Positions 9,811-17,296 of a stretch of 64,000 nt of DNA are shown piece after piece. Both the position numbers and the translations under genes were made by a program. The stretch's first letter is position 1. Each line of letters begins with the position of its first letter. The notes under the pieces are model-generated. The model did not search any database, was not told where the DNA came from, and worked only from the letters and a program-made list of their open reading frames with translations. This stretch comes from a virus: positions 22,877 through 86,876 of the IMG/VR virus record IMGVR_UViG_3300005573_000995. One strand, given 5' to 3'.

Positions 9811-9881
9811 AATTAGGAACCGAAATGGTTCATAATGTTTAAATAATACTCTCTCTACTGTAAGGACGGAGGAAATAAAGT

Positions 9882-10115
9882 ATGGTCAAAGAGGAAGTAA
9901 ATGAGTGGCAGTTCACACCCGGAACGAAGATTAAGGTAGTTGTCCTGCAAGAAGAAGGTGGAGGCTATTATATCGGTAACTTTCTCAAGTATGGACGAGA
10001 TAACATTATCCTCTCCAACGCAACATTCCATGCGAGCAACGGTACTACCGAATCATACGCTTCTACGATAAGTATAAATAAGAGAATATATCGCCACGCT
10101 CATGTAGTCAAGTGA
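9882..10115 (+). CDS. Putative Sm/Lsm-fold protein
   Basis: 77 aa; KIKVVV..GYYIGNFLKYGRDNIILSNA resembles the Sm1 motif. Confidence 0.45.
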   Translation: MVKEEVNEWQFTPGTKIKVVVLQEEGGGYYIGNFLKYGRDNIILSNATFHASNGTTESYASTISINKRIYRHAHVVK

Positions 10116-10130
10116 TGGGAAGATAATAAG

Positions 10131-11210
10131 ATGACAACCTTTAAGTCATGGACGCCAGAGGAAGAACTCTGGCTCTTAAAGAATAAAACTCTTTCGATGA
10201 ATGCACTAGTCGAACATTTAGGGCGCACTTCTTCTTCAATTCGCAAGAAGATTGCTCGACTAGAAGAAGAGAATAAGATAAGGCAGAGTAATTTAATACA
10301 AATTTCCCTCCCTAAATATGAAAAGCAGATAACTCTCCCCATTCCCCCTCAAGAAGATAAAAGAGCAGACGATTATGCTTATCTAACTGTCAGCGATATT
10401 CACATAGGATATATCGATGACCACGGACATAGCATTAATGATGAGGTTAAAGAGAAGCTAGACAATTACAGGGATAATGTTCTGCATCTACTTAAATATC
10501 ATAATCCAGTTAAGCACTTTAGGCTTCTCTTTCTCGGTGATATGATACAAGGGCAAGAGAATTATGATGCTCAAAAAGATGACTCGCAACCAATATCTAT
10601 TCAGCTTAGTGAAGCGATAAATATTTTGTATCACTGGTTAATACCATTCCTCGATACTCTCTATTCTATGGGCATACAAACCGACATCTATTGCATAGCT
10701 GGCAATCATGGTAGAACGTCTAAGTATAGGTCTGACGTAAAAGATAATTTCGACCTTACAATCTACAACTGGCTAAGAGCTGCGATAACCGACAGATATA
10801 AGGGCTTGAATTTCTACATCGACCCAGAGACCCTCCTTATTAAAGAGGGAGGCAAAACAATCGCCGTTGAGCATGGGGATAAAGTTAGGGGACTATCCTT
10901 AGCTTCTATGCAGAAGCGTATAATGAATGTATCGGGAATGTATCGGACAATATTAGATGCCTACGTAATGGGGCATTGGCATACGGCAGGAGACTTATAC
11001 GTTGGGAATACTCGCTTAATAATGTCAGGAACTTTACAAGGAGAGACAGACTTATCGAATGCTATGGGAATTTTGCCTCAGGAGAATTGGTATTTCTTCT
11101 CGACTAAGGGAGGACATTGGGGCTTTACGTATAGAATTGATTACAGACCTCGTAATAAGGGCAAGGGCAGTGTAATGTCAAACGGAGATAAAAACCATGC
11201 AAAGGCATAA
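10131..11210 (+). CDS. Calcineurin-like metallophosphoesterase with N-terminal Myb/HTH-like domain
   Basis: SDIHIG, LGD, GNHG, EHGD and GHWH motifs; N-terminal WTPEEE...LGRT. Confidence 0.9.
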   Translation: MTTFKSWTPEEELWLLKNKTLSMNALVEHLGRTSSSIRKKIARLEEENKIRQSNLIQISLPKYEKQITLPIPPQEDKRADDYAYLTVSDIHIGYIDDHGHSINDEVKEKLDNYRDNVLHLLKYHNPVKHFRLLFLGDMIQGQENYDAQKDDSQPISIQLSEAINILYHWLIPFLDTLYSMGIQTDIYCIAGNHGRTSKYRSDVKDNFDLTIYNWLRAAITDRYKGLNFYIDPETLLIKEGGKTIAVEHGDKVRGLSLASMQKRIMNVSGMYRTILDAYVMGHWHTAGDLYVGNTRLIMSGTLQGETDLSNAMGILPQENWYFFSTKGGHWGFTYRIDYRPRNKGKGSVMSNGDKNHAKA

Positions 11211-11520
11211 TGCTAAGAGATTGAAGGACGTAAAATATTATAAGCTTAAAGCTTTACAAGCGTTACAACTGCAAGACAATATCTTGCACGGCTTTAATCT
11301 TTTTGAATTTTTCTCGTTATTTATATGGTATGGGACTAATGTTTCACAGTCTTATCTTTTTGAGATGACTCCAGAGGAAATGAACAAAATAGTTAAAGAG
11401 CTTTATAAAGTGAATAAAGACATTTGGGCTATGTTGCCTCCTAAAGTAGAGTCTATATCTTCTGACTCTACTAATCTATCATCCTCTAAAATTGCTCTAC
11501 GCTTGCCCGGAGTAGGATAA
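11197..11520 (+). CDS. Hypothetical protein
   Basis: ORF overlapping the upstream stop codon. Confidence 0.55.
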   Translation: MQRHNAKRLKDVKYYKLKALQALQLQDNILHGFNLFEFFSLFIWYGTNVSQSYLFEMTPEEMNKIVKELYKVNKDIWAMLPPKVESISSDSTNLSSSKIALRLPGVG

Positions 11521-11597
11521 TTTTCAGATAATATACTCCTCTATGTATCTTCGATAGCTTTAAATATTCCCACTACTAATACTACTGCCGATGGAAA

Positions 11598-12311
11598 ATG
11601 GAGACAGAAAAAGATACTCTGATTATGAAGATGACCGAACTTCTTCATGAGAGAAACCAACTTCTTTCTGAAGATGTGAGAAAGCCTCTAGAAGAGAGCT
11701 TTAACAAAATTATGGAGCGCACAAAGCGTTACCTTACTACTGGCGCTGGATACTACTGGCAGAAAATAACGTCTTTCCAACTAAATGAAGGTGGCAAAAA
11801 CTGGAAAGTTGTAGATTTCTATGACACAGGAGGATATGGTAACTATGAAGCTTGTGACCTTTGCGGCTTTCCTAAATGTCGTTATAAGTTTGTCATAGTT
11901 TCTGAACAGAACTTCTTAGCAAGAGCCATGCTAGGCACACCACTTAAGGATATATGGTGGGGTGGAAAGAAGTTAGGAACAAAATATATTGATGGTATCG
12001 ATGCAAATCCAGATGAAGTAAAGTCAATAGGAGATGAGTGCGTTCTTAACTACCTCGATGAAAATGGACAGGAAATCTTTAAGAGATTCAAAAGAACTGC
12101 AATTGTCAAGGTCTTTAATATAAAGAAATATGAACCTCTTGCTAAGGAGATGTTTATCTACAAGGAAGCTATGAGATTTAAGATGACCTTTAGGCAGAGA
12201 TATGAAGTCTCATCTCTTACATATAAGATAATAAATGGTGGTGAACTTACTACTGAAACCTTAAAGAACCTTCCTCGGATACTAGGTCTTCAACAGGAGG
12301 TAAGCATCTAA
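11598..12311 (+). CDS. Hypothetical Cys-motif protein, first gene of the MoxR operon
   Basis: CDLCG...IGDECV; TATA TTTAAATA at about 11558. Confidence 0.75.
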   Translation: METEKDTLIMKMTELLHERNQLLSEDVRKPLEESFNKIMERTKRYLTTGAGYYWQKITSFQLNEGGKNWKVVDFYDTGGYGNYEACDLCGFPKCRYKFVIVSEQNFLARAMLGTPLKDIWWGGKKLGTKYIDGIDANPDEVKSIGDECVLNYLDENGQEIFKRFKRTAIVKVFNIKKYEPLAKEMFIYKEAMRFKMTFRQRYEVSSLTYKIINGGELTTETLKNLPRILGLQQEVSI

Positions 12312-12312
12312 A

Positions 12313-13362
12313 ATGCCAAAAGAAAAAGAAATTGCGCTTACTGTTGAGACAACCAAAGTAGAGGATGTTCGTAAAGCAATTCTGTATGCCATTAAGACAA
12401 AGCTTCCTCTGATGATTTGGGGAAAGCCTGGAATAGGAAAAAGTAGTCTCGTAAGGGACGTGGCAACGGAATTATCCTATAATCTGATTGATTTACGTCT
12501 CTCTCTTCTCTTACCTGAAGACTTAATGGGCTTACCTGCCATTATCAACGGTCTTACAAAATGGATGAGACCAGAACTCCTTCCTCCCTCAGATTCTACC
12601 ACTCCTACAATACTGTTTCTGGATGAAATCAATTTAGCTCAGCTATCTATGCAACATGCAGCTTATCAGCTAATTTTAGACCGAAGAATTGGAGCATATC
12701 AGTTGCCAGATAGCGTAGTTATTATTGCAGCAGGCAACAGGATTGAAGATAGAACGGGAGTAACAGATATGAATCCCGCATTGGCAAACCGCTTTATCCA
12801 TATCAATTTCCCAGTTCCCACTAAAGATGAATGGACAGAATGGGCTGTAAAACATAACATACACCCACAGATAATTGGTTTCATTAACTTCCAATCTAAC
12901 TTATTGTGGAATATAAATCCTAATAGCAAAGAGAAAGCTCAACCTACTCCCAGAAGTTGGGAATTTGCTTCTAAGCTCCTTTGGGTCTCTAATGACCCCA
13001 ATATAGTCTCTCTTGCAGTTGGAACTCCCGCTGGACAGCAATTTGTCGAGTATATCAAGAATTTCAGTACAATACCTAACGTATGGGATATTGTAGAGGG
13101 CAAGATGAGACTAGACGAAGGCGATGTAGGACTTTGGATTGCAGTAGTTAGCGAATTAGCTTATCAATTAAGCCAAAAGACATTTAGCGATAAGATGATA
13201 GATACTCTTCTCCACTGGCTACTTACAATCAACGTTGAATATGCAACCTTACTTCTGAGACAGATAAAAGTTGCATCAAATCCAACAATAATCAAAATTA
13301 TTAAAAACCCTATATGGGCAAACCAGATAGTTCCTAAATGGACTCGCTTTTTTGAAGGATGA
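12313..13362 (+). CDS. MoxR-family AAA+ ATPase (copy 1)
   Basis: Walker A GKPGIGKS, Walker B LFLDE, AAGN, LANRF, TPRSW. Confidence 0.92.
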   Translation: MPKEKEIALTVETTKVEDVRKAILYAIKTKLPLMIWGKPGIGKSSLVRDVATELSYNLIDLRLSLLLPEDLMGLPAIINGLTKWMRPELLPPSDSTTPTILFLDEINLAQLSMQHAAYQLILDRRIGAYQLPDSVVIIAAGNRIEDRTGVTDMNPALANRFIHINFPVPTKDEWTEWAVKHNIHPQIIGFINFQSNLLWNINPNSKEKAQPTPRSWEFASKLLWVSNDPNIVSLAVGTPAGQQFVEYIKNFSTIPNVWDIVEGKMRLDEGDVGLWIAVVSELAYQLSQKTFSDKMIDTLLHWLLTINVEYATLLLRQIKVASNPTIIKIIKNPIWANQIVPKWTRFFEG

Positions 13363-14564
13363 TAAAATTGGTTACCTTAACACCACACGAAAAGATTATA
13401 TCGGCTAGATTAACTCTATTACGTGAGAACCCTTTCTTATCATACTTAGCGATGTCTCTTAATCTCACTCCTCTCCCAGAAAACAACACTCTAGGAATTA
13501 GTACGATGGCAGTAGATAGCTTTGGGCACTTATATTATAACGAGAAATGGGTTGGTGCTTTACCTCAGCAAGAACTGATAGGAGCTATATCTCATGAAGT
13601 ACTTCATCTTGCTCTATTGCATATTGTTAGAAAGGGCAACCGTAATGCTGTAATTATGTTACCTAATGGTGAGACAACCCTACTCTGGAATGTAGCAGTC
13701 GATATTGTAGCAAATAACCTAGTTGAAGAAATGGGTTATAGCTTACCACCAGACGTTATCAAAAACAAGCAACTTGCTACCTTTCCAGCCGAAGAGGTTT
13801 ACTATAAGTTACTTAATGACAAATCACAAAATGGATTTCGTAAGTTTTTCCTTAATGGAATACTATTCGACAAGCATATCTTTGGCGTAATAGATAAAAA
13901 TGGCAAGATTAGAGACCTAACTGAAGATGAAAAAAAGGCATTAGAGAATGTTTGGGCTAAAAAAGCAAGAGAAGCAGCAACGTATGCCCAGAAACAAGGG
14001 ACCTTACCTTCTTCACTAGAAAGAATATTCGACTTAGTTGAACCAAAGCTAGACTGGAGAACGATATTACAACGCTTCGTTGTAAAGTCATTACCAACCG
14101 ATGTATCTTTCAGAAAGCCAAATAGACGGAGCTATACGTGTGGAGACTTTATCTTTCCTGGACAAATAAAAGAGTCCCTACAACTACATTTTGCAATTGA
14201 TACAAGCGGTTCAATCGACAAGGAAACATTAAGCCAAGTAGCGTCAGAAATCGTTGGAATATGCAAAGTCTATGAGAACATTAAGCTAATTATCTTAACT
14301 TCTGATGCTCAAGTCCATCAAGAATTTACAACTGTAGAGGAAATGCTAAAAGGAGTAGAAGGTGGTGGTGGAACGGACTTTCGTCCAGTTTTTGAATATA
14401 TAGAAGAGAATCAAGCAGAGTGTAATGCTCTAATTTACTTTACAGATGGGCAAGGAACTTTTCCCGAAGAAGCTCCTCCTTATCCCGTCTTATGGGTGCT
14501 ATGTGGTTATCACATACAACCAAATGAAGTTCCCTTTGGAGAAGTGATTGTCATTGACTCATGA
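13359..14564 (+). CDS. HExxH metallopeptidase-like plus VWA domain protein (DUF2201-like), copy 1
   Basis: HEVLH; MIDAS DTSGS, GGGGTDF and FTDG. Confidence 0.9.
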   Translation: MIKLVTLTPHEKIISARLTLLRENPFLSYLAMSLNLTPLPENNTLGISTMAVDSFGHLYYNEKWVGALPQQELIGAISHEVLHLALLHIVRKGNRNAVIMLPNGETTLLWNVAVDIVANNLVEEMGYSLPPDVIKNKQLATFPAEEVYYKLLNDKSQNGFRKFFLNGILFDKHIFGVIDKNGKIRDLTEDEKKALENVWAKKAREAATYAQKQGTLPSSLERIFDLVEPKLDWRTILQRFVVKSLPTDVSFRKPNRRSYTCGDFIFPGQIKESLQLHFAIDTSGSIDKETLSQVASEIVGICKVYENIKLIILTSDAQVHQEFTTVEEMLKGVEGGGGTDFRPVFEYIEENQAECNALIYFTDGQGTFPEEAPPYPVLWVLCGYHIQPNEVPFGEVIVIDS

Positions 14565-14853
14565 GCAGAAATACTGCAAACGATGTTTAGAGTTAGGGGT
14601 AAAGGTTCCGTTACTTAAAAAAGTAAATAAAGAAACAGGAAAAGTAGTGTGGAAACATAATGCATTCTGTGCTTGGCATTGGTGGTTTGACTATAAGATG
14701 AATGTCTATCCTCGCCTTGAAATATCTCGACCTGTAATGTCTTATGAAAGTTGGAAAGCAGGCTTAAGAAAGAACAGCAAGCATGAGGGTGAAATTGGAA
14801 AGTACGTCTTTACTGCTCCCCCAAAGAAATATAGGCTGGTAGAAATGATATGA
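14548..14853 (+). CDS. Zn-finger paralog family member 1
   Basis: YCKRC...CAWHWW...TAPPKKYRLVEMI. Confidence 0.85.
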   Translation: MSLTHEQKYCKRCLELGVKVPLLKKVNKETGKVVWKHNAFCAWHWWFDYKMNVYPRLEISRPVMSYESWKAGLRKNSKHEGEIGKYVFTAPPKKYRLVEMI

Positions 14854-15155
14854 TATCACCACCATATTGTGTTGAGTGTGCTAAATACGGCTTAAAAGTC
14901 ATAGCAGAAACTCGCTTGGTAAAAACTCACTTAGATAAACGGAAAAATCTAGGTTCATTTGCCTATGAGCAATGGCTTCCTGCGCTACTATGTAGCTGGC
15001 ATAGATGGTTTACTAAAGCTTATTGTAACCCTTCTATTTATAATGTCAGATTTTTAAGTGAAGTTTCTTGGAAAGACTATCAGAAAGTAGTTAAAAGAGA
15101 AGGTTATAAAGTTTCTGCTCCTCCTAAGGAATATAGGATGCTGGAGTTGATATAA
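14850..15155 (+). CDS. Zn-finger paralog family member 2
   Basis: YCVEC...CSWHRW...SAPPKEYRMLELI. Confidence 0.85.
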   Translation: MISPPYCVECAKYGLKVIAETRLVKTHLDKRKNLGSFAYEQWLPALLCSWHRWFTKAYCNPSIYNVRFLSEVSWKDYQKVVKREGYKVSAPPKEYRMLELI

Positions 15156-15440
15156 ATGATGAAATATTGTATCGAGTGCGCAAAGTACGGGCTAAAGATA
15201 CCAGTGTTTCACAAAATCAATACTGATACAGAAAAGATAGTGTGGGAGCATCATTCGTTCTGCGGGTGGCATTGGTGGCTCGATAATAAGTCCGTTCTTT
15301 CAGCCATTCTCCAAACTTATGAAGGTTGGGTAGCATGGATAGCCGAAAGAAGTAAGAATAAAGGAGATGAGGAATACATTATTACTTCACCTCCCAACGC
15401 ATATAAATTGATGGAGATGATGAGAATTAACTCAAAATAA
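15156..15440 (+). CDS. Zn-finger paralog family member 3
   Basis: YCIEC...CGWHWW...TSPPNAYKLMEMM. Confidence 0.85.
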   Translation: MMKYCIECAKYGLKIPVFHKINTDTEKIVWEHHSFCGWHWWLDNKSVLSAILQTYEGWVAWIAERSKNKGDEEYIITSPPNAYKLMEMMRINSK

Positions 15441-15789
15441 GACCCCAAAGCTTACTAAGTGGACACTAGCTTCTGAAAGACTCAACAATATTTCTTGCGT
15501 AAATAAGCTGATAGCACCTGCGCAAAAGCCTCGAGTTATTTGGTGTTTCTATTGTCTAAAATATAAAATCAAAATAGCTAGCACATTTTTGTTAGACTCG
15601 ACAGTCACAGTCTCTCATCCTGCACATCATGTATGCACTTTTCATAAGTGGTTATTGGAAAGGCGTCGTTTCTATCCTTCTTTTCAAGCTTATCTTGAGT
15701 GGTTAGAAGAATATAATCTCGAAGGAAAAGAGGAGCACACATTTCCACCACAAAAATATAGACTGTTAGATGTGGTGAGATTCTTATGA
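15427..15789 (+). CDS. Zn-finger paralog family member 4 (no canonical start before the CxxC)
   Basis: Frame open from 15424 and encodes WCFYCLKY upstream of the annotated TTG at 15589; then CTFHKW...TFPPQKYRLLDVV. Confidence 0.7.
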   Translation, partial: LTQNKTPKLTKWTLASERLNNISCVNKLIAPAQKPRVIWCFYCLKYKIKIASTFLLDSTVTVSHPAHHVCTFHKWLLERRRFYPSFQAYLEWLEEYNLEGKEEHTFPPQKYRLLDVVRFL

Positions 15790-16166
15790 GCTTAAAGAAA
15801 AATGAAACTCATTTGACTCCGATAAAAGACTATGTATCCTCTCCTAAGCATGCGTACTGTAAGCTCTGCCTTAAATACAATGAAAAAATAGCTACTGCAA
15901 GCATTATTTTCATACATAATCTTGCTCTTGACGTTTGCACCTTTCATAGTTGGTTAATTGAAGTTAATTCAAAATTTAATCTGGAGACCTACAAAAGTGG
16001 CTATAATCTGAAGGGCTACAAAGAATATCGGCAATACTTAAAAGAGGAACATCTTGCAGGACTTAATGATAAGCTTACACAACCATCGAAGTCCGTAATG
16101 TTGATGGAACTGATTAGATGGGCAAATGGAACTAAGGAGGCATTAGAGTCTTATGAAAACATCTAA
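15786..16166 (+). CDS. Zn-finger paralog family member 5
   Basis: YCKLC...CTFHSW...TQPSKSVMLMELI. Confidence 0.85.
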   Translation: MSLKKNETHLTPIKDYVSSPKHAYCKLCLKYNEKIATASIIFIHNLALDVCTFHSWLIEVNSKFNLETYKSGYNLKGYKEYRQYLKEEHLAGLNDKLTQPSKSVMLMELIRWANGTKEALESYENI

Positions 16167-16467
16167 AGCAAAACCTGCTAAACAAAAGAGCTGGTCGCCA
16201 CTTAGTCTAACGCCGCTTCTCTACTGCAATTTCTGTTCTACGTATGGAAAAAAGGTAGGTAGCAACTTCCTTGATGATGGCATGCACCTTTGCACATGGC
16301 ATCATTGGCTATACAAGTATGGTGGTGGCAATAGTGAGGAAACTTACGTTGAGTATTTAAGGTGGTTGGAGAAAAAAGGAATTGAAGAAGTAGGAACACA
16401 TACTGCTCCACCCAAGTCTATACGTCTAATGGATATGATAAGGTTAAGCAAAGGGAAAAGAATATAA
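16153..16467 (+). CDS. Zn-finger paralog family member 6
   Basis: YCNFC...CTWHHW...TAPPKSIRLMDMI. Confidence 0.85.
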   Translation: MKTSKAKPAKQKSWSPLSLTPLLYCNFCSTYGKKVGSNFLDDGMHLCTWHHWLYKYGGGNSEETYVEYLRWLEKKGIEEVGTHTAPPKSIRLMDMIRLSKGKRI

Positions 16468-16540
16468 AAGTTTATTAACAACTTGTCGAAAGACTTAAAT
16501 ATCCTGTGTATATTATTTCTCTGGAGGTAGATAAGCCAAA

Positions 16541-16723
16541 ATGTCAGTAAAGGAAATAAGCGAAAGAGACTGGCGAGGAGCATTAGCTGTTGGTCTAGTA
16601 GCTATCACTGCCGTTCTTGCTGTTTTAAATGGTGAATATCACCTCGGAATCGATAATATCATAACGGTATTCAGCACACTAACAGTTAGCGCTGTTTCTT
16701 GGTGGTATAAGACTCAATCTTAA
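16541..16723 (+). CDS. Small two-TM membrane protein (holin-like)
   Basis: Two hydrophobic segments; SD GGAGGT; TATA upstream. Confidence 0.6.
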   Translation: MSVKEISERDWRGALAVGLVAITAVLAVLNGEYHLGIDNIITVFSTLTVSAVSWWYKTQS

Positions 16724-16733
16724 GGGCGAGACT

Positions 16734-17270
16734 ATGAATAGCGAAGAACCAAACCCTCTCCCAATTGAAGAGTCTGAAACCGTAAAAGATGTCTTACCAG
16801 TTGTTGAAGAAGTAGCCTCTCTTTCTCCTGAAGATTCTCTCCCCCTTGAAGCGCCAGAAGAGTTGCCTCAAGAAGCCACTTCTCAAGAAGAAGCTACTCA
16901 AGAGGGAAAAGAAAAGAAAAAGAAAATAGTATGTCCACGCTGTAAGCATGTGTGGTATTCTAAGGCTATGGGCTATTACACTTGTTCACAATGTTCTTAT
17001 AAGTTTCGCCCTGGACAAGTGCCACGAGAGAAGAGAGCAGAAAGGACATGGGTAGCTAACTTAGATAATATTGATTTGAGAACGTCAGAAGGGCAGAGTG
17101 CTTTACTTCTACAAATTCAAGAGGCATTAGCACAAAGGTCTCTAACGTGGGGAGATATGACTGCCATCGACCGCTTACTCAAGACCATTAGCATTAAGAA
17201 GGATTTAGATGTTATGAAGATGTTTATCGAGATGCGTAAAGAGATAGATGAATTGAAGAAAGGTGTCTAA
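16734..17270 (+). CDS. Probable terminase small subunit (Zn ribbon plus helical region)
   Basis: Directly upstream of terL; CPRC...CSQC; called mainly by position. Confidence 0.5.
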   Translation: MNSEEPNPLPIEESETVKDVLPVVEEVASLSPEDSLPLEAPEELPQEATSQEEATQEGKEKKKKIVCPRCKHVWYSKAMGYYTCSQCSYKFRPGQVPREKRAERTWVANLDNIDLRTSEGQSALLLQIQEALAQRSLTWGDMTAIDRLLKTISIKKDLDVMKMFIEMRKEIDELKKGV

Positions 17271-17296
17271 TTAGCTGACAGTAAGGATGACGGAAT

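Noticed and set aside
14548-16467. Diversity-generating retroelement or recombinase-driven cassette behind the paralog array
   Set aside because: No reverse transcriptase, recombinase or near-identical template/variable repeat pair was seen; the paralogs are deeply diverged.
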